Positions 45,627-60,727 of a DNA stretch of 64,000 nt are shown here, in pieces. The stretch is from Chrysomallon squamiferum. Its lineage: Eukaryota; Animalia; Mollusca. The notes beneath the pieces were generated by a model. The model saw only the letters and a list, made by a program, of their open reading frames with translations. It did not search any database and was not told the origin of the DNA. The stretch's first letter is position 1, and each line of letters begins with the position of its first letter. Made by a program: the position numbers and the translations under genes. The stretch is taken from the NCBI GenBank assembly GCA_012295275.1, contig CM022676.1, forward strand, positions 4,588,001-4,652,000, in the 5' to 3' direction.

Positions 45627-46149
45627 TTACCTACCATAACTAAACGGCAAGGTACAGACCATCATACAGACGGACGTGCATACAAACACTTCAGACAGAG
45701 AGACACAAAAACGAATATTTATTTAATAAAAAAAAAGAAATTGAAGATAGAGAAGAAAGGAAAAGGAATTATACGAAAGAAGAATACGATTACAACGACA
45801 AAAACGACGACGAAGATGATAATGATGACGATGATGAAAAACAAGAAAAAAGAAGATAAGAACGTAGAAAGAAAACCGAAACAAAAGACGAATAAGAAGA
45901 AAACGGAAAAAGAACAGCAAGAAGAAGATGAAAGAAAGAAGAACGAAAGAAAGAACGAAAGAAATGAAGGTAAAACAAAAAAGAAAATAATTACAAGAGA
46001 AACTACGAAAAAAACAACATACGTCCAGAAAGAAGCGAAAACTCGGGAGAACAAGAAAACGTAAATCGACGAATAAGAAATTGAAGAAGACGTCCAAAAG
46101 ACGGACACATATTTCTTTCACCACGTCGTAAACATTCTTCTCCTCTACG

Positions 46150-46521
46150 ACAGTAACGTCTCCAATCACGACGTCACTCCCTTGGGACGGGGTCGGCCTG
46201 AAACTCTAACCAGCCTTCGGATCCGGAAAGGACCGGTCGTAAAAACACGGACTCATTTTTTTTTTTTCTCTCTCTCTCTCTCTATCTCTCTCGCGCTAGC
46301 GCTAGCTCGCGCCTAGCTCGCGCTCGCTTTTCTCATATTATTAATAGTGAAACTCTGAGCCGAAGTCTCCGTAAGCTTATCACCGGGCGGCAGGGAGATT
46401 TCAGATCGATAGAAAACTCGCTGTTATATTGGAACGCGCCTGTGTTTCCTATCCAGTATCAGAAAAGGATTGTTTGCGGTACTTTGTGCGAAACAGTCGG
46501 ATCTTCGCGTATAAGGTACGT
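46150..46521 (+). promoter_or_regulatory. Candidate promoter plus non-coding first exon (candidate promoter 3)
   Basis: CCAAT 46162, CGACGTCA 46169-46176, COE/EBF palindrome TCCCTTGGGA 46178-46187, CCGGAA, (CT)n followed by (CTAG/CTCG/CGCG) repeats at 46290-46328, CpG-rich leader, good donor AAG|GTACGT at about 46515/46516 immediately followed by SSR-rich intron-like sequence. Confidence 0.5.
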
Positions 46522-46527
46522 TTGTGT

Positions 46528-46677
46528 TACTACTACTACTGTTGTTGTTGTTGTTGTTGTTGTTGTTGCTGTTGTTGTTACTACTAGTACTACTAGTGGT
46601 TCTAGTTCGGTTGTTGTAATTACTATTATCGTTATTATTATTATTATTATTATTACAATTATCAAATCAAACTTTCA

Positions 46678-46711
<34 letters not shown>

Positions 46712-46712
46712 G

Positions 46713-46745
<33 letters not shown>

Positions 46746-46831
46746 ATCATTATCATTATTATCATTATCATTATCATCATCATCATAATCATTATAATCA
46801 TCATCGTTATCATTATTATTATTATTATTAC

Positions 46832-46862
<31 letters not shown>
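46528..46862. repeat. Compound (ACT)-(GTT)-(ATT)-(CAT)n microsatellite
   Basis: Direct reading. Confidence 0.9.
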
Positions 46863-46864
<2 letters not shown>

Positions 46865-47153
46865 ATTTTCATAAGACTTATTATTTTAGAAATGAATGGG
46901 TGTCTGTAATCCAATATGCTTTATTCAGCACTAAACAAAATCAAATTTTATTTGATAGGGAATATTTGTTTCAGAGTCAAAAGATGAATTTTTATTACGA
47001 ATATTTTATTTCCGTTCGAAAACTACGGATTTATAAGATTTATTAATTTATTTACTTTTATGAAATTTTATTGAAGATAATTAAGAGAAATATTTTTACG
47101 GTTTTTAATTTATTAATTTTATTTATTTATATATATATATATATTTATTTATT

Positions 47154-47236
<83 letters not shown>

Positions 47237-47318
47237 CATTATTATTATTTTTCATTTACATATTTTTCATAGTCATTTTGTTCTTCATCGTCTTCTTCTT
47301 CTTCTGAGTATTATTATA

Positions 47319-47366
<48 letters not shown>

Positions 47367-47725
47367 ATTTACCACTGAAATGAAATGCGTTTAGTTAATC
47401 CGAGCAGCTTATTTTTTCTGTTGTAACTCTCTTAACTACAAATACTGTATGCACATGATGATGATTTTTGAAATGCAGTAAAAATTGACGCAAAATCGAG
47501 ACAAATGCGGTCGCCAGTAATTTTCACAGTCGATAAAATTTCCAGTGTCTGTTCTAATTGAAAGAAAATATTATTTTATTTAACAGCCGACTTTTGATTA
47601 AAGAAAATATCACGAATGCATTTTGATTTTTTCTTTCTTCGTTTTCGATTTTCGTCGACGACAGGAATATTTCAATAAAATAAATTTTTAAATAGTTATG
47701 CTTATCTTTGTCTCTGTCTGGCTCC

Positions 47726-47816
<91 letters not shown>

Positions 47817-48082
47817 GATATTTATCTTTGCTTGTTCTTGTTTCTGTGGACGAGTAATACCGGGGTTAAGATGACCGATACACAGTGGTGATGATACAGA
47901 TACTTTTGATAAATATTTACTTTTCTTCATGCTGCATGATATGTTTGAATTTGTGACATCAAATATTCGATTTTCATTGCCAAGATCACTTTCAAAATTG
48001 AATTAATTAATGGGGACTTAGCTATTTTGCAAGAGTACACATTTGTGTTTTTGTCAGTTAATACCGTATCTATATTAGCATT

Positions 48083-48188
<106 letters not shown>

Positions 48189-48200
48189 GTCTGTCTTTCT

Positions 48201-48231
<31 letters not shown>

Positions 48232-48319
48232 TTTTTCTGCTTTTCTCATTATATATATATTTTTATTTCATTATTATTTTTTTCTGTACAACGACGTTAT
48301 TTTCTCGATATCGTAACAT

Positions 48320-48615
48320 GATTTGACTGGCATTTTATTACATCGACAGTTAGTTCCTACAAATGACTCTCAGTTTGGTAACATCGACAGTTAGTTCCTA
48401 CAAATGACTGTCAGTTTGGTAACATCGACTTTTAGTTTCCGCAGATAGACTCAGTTCCGTCATACTTGTAGGCAGTGAATGTTAGTTTTGTTGTATAGAA
48501 GACATTCATTTTCTACATAATGACTGCCATCGACAGTTTGTTTCAACAAAATGACTGTCAGTTTAGTCATATCGACATTTTAGTATAATGACTGTCATTC
48601 CATTTACATCAGCAC
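48320..48615. repeat. 41-bp minisatellite ACATCGACAGTTAGTTCCTACAAATGACT(C/G)TCAGTTTGGTA
   Basis: Copies start at 48340 and 48381 (one mismatch) and 48422, with decayed copies near 48528 and 48569. Confidence 0.85.
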
Positions 48616-48668
48616 TGAGAATCTATTGAGTTAGTTAGGGAGTTTTGTGGGTTTATATTTCTAAACTT

Positions 48669-48707
<39 letters not shown>

Positions 48708-48719
48708 TTATTATTATTA

Positions 48720-48769
<50 letters not shown>

Positions 48770-48950
48770 TTTATTTATTTATTTATTTATTTATTTTATT
48801 TATTTATTTTTATTTTAATTTTTTTAATTTTTTTTATTCATTATTTATTTATTTACATCGTCAGTTAATGTCTATTTAAAAGACAGTTTTATTACATGGA
48901 CAGGTAGTTTATCTGTAACCTACTTGGTAATTTTTTTTATTATTATTAAC

Positions 48951-49074
<124 letters not shown>

Positions 49075-49102
49075 CTCTCCTCCTCCCCTCTCTCCTCCCT
49101 CC

Positions 49103-49133
<31 letters not shown>

Positions 49134-49635
49134 CTCTCTCTGGCTATCTACCATCTTCTCTATCGCATTCACGCGCACACTAATTACACAAACAGTATTA
49201 CTCGACAATATTCAACCAAAAACATTCTAACAAAAATCTCTACAAGGACGACAAACAGTTAGTTAGTTAGTTCTCTGACACTGCTCATCGTTAATGGAAA
49301 ATTATTCTATTACAAGGATGATGCAGATTAATCGCATCCTACGTATTAAACCCGATATGGACGGAAATCTACCTCTTTATATCACTCGTCATTAGAGGGA
49401 ATGGAATTTATCCATGAAACTAACTGGGTTTTTTTTGGTGTTTTTTTTTTAAAAAGAAGCTGTTTCCCTTGAGATCGGACATGATTAGAGCGAATAGCAT
49501 GAAAACAAAGGTCTAAATGGCGATGTTAATGCAACAAAAACGATATTACGGGACAACACAAGCGGTGTGAACGGTCATAAAAATTGTAAATTGCCCCATT
49601 TATTTGTCTTTCCTAATCGAGAGAGAGAGAGAGAG

Positions 49636-49667
<32 letters not shown>

Positions 49668-49812
49668 AAGCTAATTGTTGAGGTGATGATGCAGAAAATA
49701 TAAACTCTGGGAGTGAGAGAGACAGAGAGACAGAGAGAGAGAGGGGAGAGAGGGGGAGAGGGGGAGAGGGAGAGGAGAGGAAGACAGGAGGAGATAGAGG
49801 GGGAGAGAGGGG

Positions 49813-49914
<102 letters not shown>

Positions 49915-50773
49915 AGAAACTATTGACATAAAGATAAATTGGTAGAAATAGGGAATTTAAACTGGGAATGAAAACAAAAAAAGAAAGAAGAAGAAACAGA
50001 CAAACAGACAGGTAAACAGATTTAGACAAAAAAAAAAGTAGATACATAGATGGAGAGAGGGATACACAGATAGGTAGTTAGGTAGATTAATAGATTAATG
50101 GATGAATGGATATACAAACAGACAGACATACAGAAATACAATGATGAGAGGGACGATCAAGGTAAACCTTCATTAAAATCTTCTTTTATTCCTCTCAAGG
50201 AAGAAAACAAAATGTATGTATGTATATATGTGTATATATCTATATATATATATTATCTCGTAAACTATTCAAAATGGAACCTAGGGCATCGATATGTCGA
50301 TTATCGAATCCGTTGTTTCTTGTCTAATCGGATAAGATGTACGTCCAAAAGATCGTTCGTGTTCTCTGTCAAACAGAAACTGCAGAAGGCCAAAAACTAT
50401 AAAATAAAAATAAAAATATTGGTGAGCAGAGATGAGTGAAAAGCAATAAAATAAAATAAAATATTAATAAAATAGCTTCTTTTTTTTATCTTTTTTTTTT
50501 TGTCTTGCTAACCTCAAGGGTGCGGTTTTGTAATTAATTTTATTTCATCCTGTGGAATATGCTTTCCAATTTAACGATTTCTTATCCCACGCAGTATAAT
50601 CTTCATTTTTCTTTTTTGTTCTACGTTTATATAATGTTGTTCTACATGTTTTCTGTTTTGTGTGAAGATAGATGGATAGATAGAAAGACAAACAGAAAGA
50701 CAGACAGATAGATAAAGAACGAGAGAAAGAGTCAGATGGAGATGGATAGAGATAGACAGATAGACAACAGACA

Positions 50774-50811
<38 letters not shown>

Positions 50812-50965
50812 CATAAATGCATACGTGCATGCATACATACACACATACATACAAGACAAACACATGTAAGTGCATATATGTAGAAAAATACATTAGATTG
50901 GTATAGTTGCTATTTCATTGTTTTTGTTTTTCTTAATGTTTTTTAATTTGATTTAATTTAATTTT

Positions 50966-51055
<90 letters not shown>

Positions 51056-52249
51056 CATCATTTTGTTAATATTTTTATTGTTATAATTTTGATGGTTATG
51101 CTATTGACGACGTTATCTCATTATTATTACTGATGGCAGTTCCGACATTGTCATTGTCAATATCATCATCGTTTTTGCTGGTGCAGTTGACGTCTTCGTT
51201 GTTGTTATCATCATCATCCTTATCTGCGTCATGATCATCATTATTATATAAACAAATATACAAACGCAAATTACCACTTATTTCGAATTCCATGGCATTT
51301 CAAGAAAATTAAATATCTCTTTCTCCTTTAAAAAGTAATAATAATAATAATGATCATGATGATGATGATGATGATGATGATAATGAAATATAAAATTTAA
51401 AATAAAATAAAATAAAGCAATAAATAAATAAATAAATAAATAAATAAAAAGAATTTAAAAAAAATAATAATAATAAAAAAAAAAAAATAAAAAATGAAGA
51501 AAGAGAAATTAATTAGTTTGGTTTCATAAACAGAAACCAAAAATATCTTTCACCGTGAACAAAACCAGCAAGATCATAATGTCGTTTGGAAAGCAGTATT
51601 AAAAGCGAAGACCTATGACGTCAGAGTTTGGTAACTTGAGCAAACCAACGTTGACGTTTAGAAAAAGGTATTTCTATTTCTGTCGACTTTGCGACATATT
51701 GGAATCTGATTCCTCTGTCTAGTAAAATGAATACAAATTCTCGCCATTTTAATGACTTTAAAAAAAAAAAAAAAAAAAAAAAAATGGATGATATCTTCGT
51801 AGATAACGAAAAATTAATGTGTAAGTTTTATTATTTTGAGATTTGAGCGTATTAATTTGACATTTGTTGTGAGATATTTTTGTTTATTTTATTTTATTTT
51901 ATTTTATTTATTTATTTATTTATTTATTTGTTTGTTTATTTATATTTTTAATTTAATACCTTTTTTTTCTACATTAGTAATGAAGGTTAACAACGATATA
52001 TATCCGTTAAAAACATTACCCTGCCAACTGTTTATTTTCTTAATCTATTAACCATCAACGTCATGACGTCATCACTTCGACTACGAAGGGCCAAAAATGT
52101 CTGCATTCAGATTTTTCGTAACTGGAATAATTTTGGTCAGTTTTCGTTATAATTTCAACTTGTGCTCTGATTATATATATATTTTTTTTATTTACTATTT
52201 TTATATTATTTTGTTTTGTTTTGTTTTATTTTATTTTATTTTTGTTTTT

Positions 52250-52385
52250 GTTGTTACATAGCATAGGCCCCTACTACTGGCTAGTTACAAAGTAACCCCC
52301 CCCCTTCCACCAACCAACTCTACAAGCTCTATACTGTAATCCTACAGTTTATGAGAATAAAGTCAATGTTATTGTTATTGTCATT
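52250..52385 (+). mobile_element. Possible 3' end of a truncated non-LTR retroelement
   Basis: Unique segment ending in AATAAA (52356-52361) followed by a short (TGTTAT)n tail (52367-52385), the kind of terminus seen in CR1/L2-clade LINEs and their SINEs. No ORF seen. Confidence 0.3.
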
Positions 52386-54049
52386 TAATTTAGACTGGCC
52401 TCCAAATTATTTGTATACTTGTTAATGAGAGCCATCGATCCTAAATTTCGCAAGAAGCCAAACTTGTTGCTGATTTCCTCATAGGCTTGCAAACGTTTCT
52501 TCAACTGCGACAAAGCAGTAACTAGTGAACTAGCTCTGGTCCAACTGGTTAGCGAGGAAAGAAAATTTCAACAACAAAACTGTTCAAAAACGTACCTCTA
52601 CACAAAACATTTACCAAAGGCTATATATAGTCAAAATCGTGATATCCAGCATTTTGAAGAAAATAAAAAAACCAGAAAAATAAAAGAAACGGGGGGGAAT
52701 CCGCGTTGCTCCTAAAAGCGCGGGGGAGGGACCGTAGCTACGTCTGCAACGTTGTTATTCCGGCGCCGACGACCGCAGTAGTTGTTATTCATTCTACATC
52801 TGCACCAACTGTCAGATGTGATTATTTTATGTATGAAAATGTTGTGTCTGCTAACCGAAAGGCTTAAAGCTGATCCAGTAAACTGAATTAAACATTACTC
52901 GAGACAAATAAACTGTTTTGAAAGAGATCGATGAGAAATGCATAGAAAAAAAGAACTTGTTATGTGGCAACCGCATGTTTGAACAACATGAAAAAAAAAA
53001 AAACCTCACCTTTTCATTTTGATCTTTTACTTACGTTTTTATATTATTATTATTATTGTTGTTGTTGTTGTTGTTGTTGTTGCTACTGCTGCTGCTGCTG
53101 TTGTTCTTCTTCTTCTTCTTTTTCTTCTTCTTGTTGTTTTCTGGTTTTATGCTTTATCTCCTTCTTTCTCTCTATTATTTCATTCTTCCTTATCAGCCTT
53201 CATTCCTTCATATATTTTCTCGTTCTTTACTTTTCCTTTTACATTGTTCGTTTTTCTTTTTATATTTTCCTTTACCTTTTCCTTTTTGTTTTGTTTTTAT
53301 TTTTATTTTATTTTTTTTTTTATTTTATTTTAATTTTAATTTTAATTTTAATTTTAATTTTAATTTTATATTATTATTTTTTTTTATTTATTTCTTTTTT
53401 TATTGTTATTTTTTATTACTTTTATTTTTTTTTTTTTTTATTTTATTTTAATTTTTATTTCAATTTAATTTCATTTTATTATTATTTTATTCTCATTTTT
53501 ATTCTCATCTGTATTTTTTTTTTTTTAATTTTAGTTTTAATTTTAATTTTAATTTCGTTTCGTTTTATTATTATTTTATTCTCATTCTTATTCTTATCTT
53601 CATTTCTTTTTTCATTTTCTGCTTTGTCATAGCTTAATGTCACAAATTTGATATTCATGGAACTGTGTCATTTTGCTTTCTTTTTCTTTCTTTTTCTTCC
53701 TTTTTTTTTTTTTTTTTTTTCTTTTGTATTCTTCAACTTCCATGTCACAGCAACCGCACTCAAGTACAACTACGACATCGCTTGTCAGGCTCTTAAAACA
53801 AAACATCTACTAACAACAGTAACGTCATTTGGATGAAATGGAATATTCATGTTTCAAAAACGAAACACATTTTGAAGAGCTGTTTTAACAGAGATGCAAT
53901 TATGTCAATCAAACAACCTAAAACAAAGCAAGATTTTTTTTTTTTTATTTTTATTTTTTTATTTTTTTTTTTTGCTTTGCTCATTGAGTTCTCTTAGCTG
54001 ATAAGAACAAATATATTTTTAACGTGTGGGATGTAATGTAAATGTGAAA

Positions 54050-54330
54050 TGCATGTATGTATGTATGTATGTATGTATTATGTATGTATGTGTATGTGTA
54101 TGTGTGTGTATTGTGTATGTGGGTGTTTGGAGGTGTATATTTGTGTGTATTTGTATCTATGTTGTGTGCGTATATATGTGTGTGTGTCTGTGTGCATATA
54201 TTTTTTTTATCTATCTTCTATTTGTGTGTGTATATATATATATATATATATACATACACAGATAGATATACATCCATTTATGTATGTATTTGTGTATGTA
54301 TGTGTGTATGTATATATTTTCATGTATGTT
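54050..54330. repeat. Degenerate (ATGT/GT/AT)n tract
   Basis: Direct reading. Confidence 0.85.
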
Positions 54331-54409
54331 AGTGTCTGTTAGTAGGTATTTGTGAGTCTGAACGCATGTACTTACATCAGTAGACAAATTAGTATGCGTA
54401 TATCACGTT

Positions 54410-54455
<46 letters not shown>

Positions 54456-54468
54456 ATATATAATATAT

Positions 54469-54517
<49 letters not shown>

Positions 54518-54858
54518 ATACGTACAAAAATCAGGTCAATTCATTTCGCATCAGCTATCAGTTTTTATTTATCTCGCATTTCCCCGGTTTGTCATTTCCA
54601 CGAAATCTGATCTCAAACATTTACATTCGTAACGAAATTCCTCTTCAAACTTCATCAAGATTACCTACATATGCTGGCCGCGATTTTTCTAGGATCTTGA
54701 TTTTCTTGAAAATAATTCGGTTCTGTCCTAATCTAATTGCTTACATGAACGCGCAAGGGAAGCCTCGTTTTCATTTGATATATGACCAATCAGTGAAGAG
54801 CGATCTGTAATCAGACTCGAGGGACCTGTCCGAGTTATAAGTCTTTCCCAAAGGTGTG

Positions 54859-55445
<587 letters not shown>

Positions 55446-55899
55446 CTTTCAGTATATATATATACACACACACACATACATACATACATACATACATACA
55501 TGCACACATCACCTTGGAGTATGTGGTTGAAGAATTACACAAACATCAAACAGCAGTCGGGTAAAAGTTTCGGGTTTGAAACTAATCGACTTTTTATCTT
55601 TTCTTGTTTGTTACTTATTTGTGTAGAAAAAGAGAAAGAGAGCAATGGACAAACACAGAGAGTGAGACAGAGACAAAGAGACAGAGAGACAGAAAGAAAG
55701 ACAGACACGCATAATAAAAATCGTTTAACTGACGATCTTGTACAATTTTATTTAAAATATTATTTCTGTTTTTGAATTATTTATTTATTTAATATTTAAT
55801 ATTAATTATTAAGTAAATAATTTAGTAACTTAGATAGATTTCTAAAATTACCCATGTCGGCAATATAATATAAGTTTGTAAATCGTAGATTCATATCTT

Positions 55900-56314
55900 A
55901 TTTATTAGTAAGTTAGTTAGTTAGTTAGTTAATTAGTTAGTTAATTAGCTAGTTAGTATATATTAATTAGTTGAATATTTAATTAGTTAGTAAGTACGTT
56001 AAGCTGGTTACTAAATTAATTAATTAGTTAGCTGGTTAGCAAGTTAGATAGTTAATTAGTAAGTAAATTATTCAGTTTGTTAGGTATTTAGTTAACTAGA
56101 TAAAAATTGAAGTTTAAATGCAATTTGCTAAAGTTGACGTTAATTTATAAACAAGGTAAATGTAGTCAGTTTATAAATCATTTTCTTATTGTTTTTGTTT
56201 TTGTTTTATATTTTATTTAATTCATTCATTCATTCATTCATTCATTTATATTATATTATATTATATTATATTATATTATATTATATTATATTATATTATA
56301 TTATATTATATTAT
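55900..56314. repeat. Degenerate (TTAG)n tract followed by (CATT)n and (TTATA)n
   Basis: Direct reading. Confidence 0.8.
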
Positions 56315-56639
56315 AAGCAACTTAAATTATGGCAGTAACAAAAGAGATAAAATAGCTTACTACGACTTTGTTTTTTTCACAATTAACTTCAACGTAAATC
56401 ACGACGACCCGTCTTTAGCTAAAGGCGAGCAGGAAATAACTGCATCTGATACTGCATACGTCCTGTTTAGCAACAGCTACCACAACCGACAGTATATCAG
56501 TGACTGAGCGTGACATTTTCAGTCTGCGTGTTTGCATCATATAACGTACAGATATTTTTTTGTCATAGTCTAGCCGAAAATGAACTGAATAACGTAGAGC
56601 GAGAGAGAAAGAAAATGGTTTTTGTGAATCGGGTCTTAG

Positions 56640-56705
56640 CTACGTCGCCAAGTTACGTCATGTGTCGAAAAGCTTTATGACGTCATAATGGAATGAATGA
56701 CGTTT
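56640..56705. promoter_or_regulatory. CRE cluster: TTACGTCA, TTATGACGTCATAA, TGACGT
   Basis: Sites at 56653-56660, 56675-56688 and 56698-56703 within about 50 bp. Confidence 0.5.
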
Positions 56706-57192
56706 GGCCTCTTGTGGAAGTTGATCGGGGTTGCTGTTTGTTCGTTTGTTTGTTCGTTTGTTTGTTTGTTAATATTTTTATTTTTATTTTGTTTTTGTTT
56801 CTTGCGGAGCTGTCCTGAATATATTGTGTGCTTGTCTTTCGTTAATAACTCAGAACACTACTATGCAGTTTTAAAAGTATGATGACAAAAGTAAGTTTAT
56901 TGTTATTATTATTATTATTATTATCATCATCGACATCGTTATCGTTATCATAATGATCATCACAATCATCATCTCATCATCTCATGATTATTTTCATCAT
57001 AGTCATCATCATCGTTATCATAGTTAACATCATCATTACCATCATCATTATTGTTGTCATTATTATTGTTCGTCCTTCTTCTTCTTCTTCTTCTTGTTCT
57101 TGTTCTTTTTCTTCTTTTTCTTCATGACTTCCTATCATTCTATTACATTTCGCTTATTTTTTTCATTATGATTACTGTATAGCTTCCGTCGT

Positions 57193-57290
<98 letters not shown>

Positions 57291-57301
57291 CATGTCTCTC
57301 G

Positions 57302-57403
<102 letters not shown>

Positions 57404-57597
57404 ATAATCTCGGTTTCTAAGCAAATGAGACCATCTATTGAAGTCTAAATAGAAAACCGCCTTTAAAACTAATTGCTAGTTTTGAATACAATGATGCTGC
57501 TGACGTCGTATAAACGATTAGATTAAGCTGGCTCAGGTTCTAAGCAGTAAGGAGGCGTGTCTTTAAAATGAAAATAAAAATAAGAAAGTGAAACCTC

Positions 57598-57611
57598 GTT
57601 GCTATGGCTAC
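57598..57611 (-). promoter_or_regulatory. RFX X-box (minus strand GTAGCCATAGCAAC)
   Basis: Perfect fit to GTHNYYATRRNAAC. Confidence 0.5.
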
Positions 57612-57949
57612 CTACTGAAATCATGATACTGTGATTATAAAATTAAAAAAAAAAAAAAAAAAAAAAATTAAAAAAGTAACTGAAGTTTAATTATTCGTCT
57701 CTTTTACAGATAAATTTAATTTCTAATAAAGATCGTTTTTTTTGCTGTTGTGTTTTTCATTTTATTTTATTTTATTTTATTTTATTTTTTATGCATCGAT
57801 CTAGTTGCGTCAAAGTTAATCAGATCATTACGTCAGTTTTTAATATTTTCGTCACAGAAGCCGTTCTGTGTTAACTGAACACATCATCATGTGATGTGAC
57901 GATGACGTCAATGAAATGTGCAATAAAAATATCAGCAATATAATCTATG

Positions 57950-58308
57950 TCCGTATGTATGTCTATGTATGTCTAAATGCATGAATGTATGGATGTACGT
58001 GCATGAATATATGTATGTGTGTATGTGTATATATATGTATGTCTGTGTATATATGGATGGATGGATGGATGGATGTATTATGTATGTATGTATGTATATG
58101 TATATATGTGTCTGTCTGTCTGTATGTATGTATGTATGAATGTATGTACGTATGTATGTATGTGTATATTTATGTATGTGCATGAATATATGTATGTATG
58201 TGTGTATGTATGTATGTATGTGTGTATGTATGTATGTATGTGTGTATGTATGTCTGTATGTATGTATGTGTGTATGTGTGTATGTATGTATGTATGTACG
58301 TATATATA

Positions 58309-58344
<36 letters not shown>

Positions 58345-58347
58345 TGT
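57950..58347. repeat. (ATGT)n imperfect array
   Basis: Direct reading. Confidence 0.92.
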
Positions 58348-58589
58348 ACTTACTGAACACGTTTACGGTCAGTGAACTTCAGATTAATGTTAGGATTATG
58401 AGGACGAAGAAGGGTGAGAGAATCGACGTAAAATTGTGGTTTAACAGATCTGCGAGGAACTGCTGAGTGGTAAATAAATTTTATTTTCTGTCTTGATGGC
58501 ATCACACGTCGTTTACTGGGGCGCGATCAGATGATGGTGAAAATGTAATGTAACGCTTGATTAGAAACGCTGAAATAATGAGAATGGCC

Positions 58590-58811
<222 letters not shown>

Positions 58812-58978
58812 CAGACGGAGACGGACACTGTGAGATAAAGATAATAAAAATCGTTAAAGTGAAATGGTCTACAGAATCCAGCTAATAATTTCAGTGTGAT
58901 TAAAACCAGTCAGCGGGTTTAAGTAAACTGATTTTGCCATGGGAACGTTTAATGATGATTAGCTGAAATAGAAACAGA

Positions 58979-59078
<100 letters not shown>

Positions 59079-59628
59079 GAGAATATCGTACGTTAAATCA
59101 AAGCTGTTTTCAAGAGTGTATGACAAGTTCTGATCTACTTATTCACACCACCACTGCAAGTACACTTTTGATAATTAAACTGGCATCGTTTAATTAAAAA
59201 GGCAAAATAACTGGAATCGCTACGTTAGTGTCTGAGCACTTTAAACTGCACGGTTCCGACGCTTTCAGTCCAGTTACGTTAAGTGGTTGTTGTTGTTGTT
59301 TTTTTCGTACGAACTTTTGTCCAAATCGTCTCTTGGTTCTCGTACTTCAGATTACAACTGCGGTAACTGACGGCGAATAAATAAACACATCCTAACGAGA
59401 TTGCGGCTACCTGGCTTCACTTGATGGGCCTGCTTATTTTGGTTTGATGCGGGCCTTAATGAAGCGGCGTCGAAAGATTTCAATACAAAATAAACAAGAC
59501 GGCAGTTTCCGCCAGCGATGTGCTTTCGTCAGCCGAAAGTGGGTTCTTGTCTTTCAGAGAGGATCTCTCAGACCTCTTCGTTTTATTTGTTTATCTTGTT
59601 TTATATTTTTTAAATTTGATGTTTTGTC

Positions 59629-59669
<41 letters not shown>

Positions 59670-59918
59670 TTCTGAATATTTCAGTTTTTATACCCTATCT
59701 ATCAGTCCATCGATATGTGTGTCTGTCTATTTGTCTGTCTGTCGCTTTATTTATATATATATCTGTCTTTCTGTCTGTCTGTCTGATCCAGTTACCTAGC
59801 TATATATGTATATATGTATGTATCTCTCTATGTCGTTTTGTCTGTCTGTTATTTCAACTTGTAATTTATTTGTAATTGTTCGTGTTTGTTTTCGTTGTTG
59901 TTTTGTTTGTGTATGTTA

Positions 59919-60727
59919 CCGTATATACTTGTGTACAAGGCGACCTTATGTATAAGTCGATGTGTATTTTAAGACCAAAAATTGCGTCATTTTAGGTATT
60001 ACTTGTGTATAAGTCGACTGTAGATTCCAGGCACCGTCACTATTTTTAGACCAGTGTGACAGTGCCATGAAGGCCTACATTGTACGCCTACTGTAACATA
60101 AGTTGCACGAGCTGTAACTTGCACGAACATACCATAATAACGTAAATGCATGTATTACACGAGCTATAGCCTAAATGTATCATAAATAGTATCTCTTTAA
60201 TATAATAGGTCTAACATGGAGACCTAACTTACCGTTATATTTAGCCGTTCTATGATTTACAAAATTTGTCGGTACTGGATATTAATGACGATTGCAATAT
60301 TATTTCACCAAATTCTTTACAATTAAACAAGTGAGTTTTGTTTATGAAATTAGGACCGATATTTAGTGCAATTTGGCAGAGAAGTCTGCATTCCTAGATC
60401 ATTGCAAGACGCCGTAAGGCATAATGCCGTACTGACGGTTTTCTCGCTTTAAAATGTAATTTTATGTCATTAAACGGAAGAATATCATGTTTTACCTTCA
60501 TATTTGGTTTTGTTATTTAATTTTTCAAAATTTTGTATACGATAAAATTATATTTTTGAAAAGCTGAAAGACCGCGATTATTTTAGATGCATCCCGTAGC
60601 AAAAAATAGTCAAAATGGCGACTCTTCAGCAACAGCTACAAAAACATTACCTATGTATAAGTCGACCCCCAAAATATTACCGTAATATAGTCTCCCAAAA
60701 ATTCGACTTATACACAAGTATATACGG
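59919..60727. mobile_element. Non-autonomous Tc1/mariner-superfamily (Tc2/pogo-type) DNA transposon or MITE, 809 bp
   Basis: Left TIR CCGTATATACTTGTGTACAAGGCGA (59919-59943) versus right TIR reverse complement CCGTATATACTTGTGTATAAGTCGA (60703-60727), 23/25 identical. TA flanks both ends (59917-18, 60728-29). CCGTA termini are typical of Tc2/pogo elements. Subterminal TGTATAAGTCGA repeats at 59949, 60006 and 60654. Interior is SSR-free with no transposase ORF. Confidence 0.9.

Noticed and set aside
58354-58449. Minus-strand 96-nt open exon (SVKPQFYVDSLTLLRPHNPNINLKFTDRKRV) bounded by CAG and GTAAGT
   Set aside because: No recognisable homology and no partner exons; an open frame of this length with AG/GT ends is expected by chance in 64 kb.
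60590-60635. Hammerhead-ribozyme-like CTGAAGAG core with a short stem on the minus strand
   Set aside because: The required GAAA after stem II is absent.
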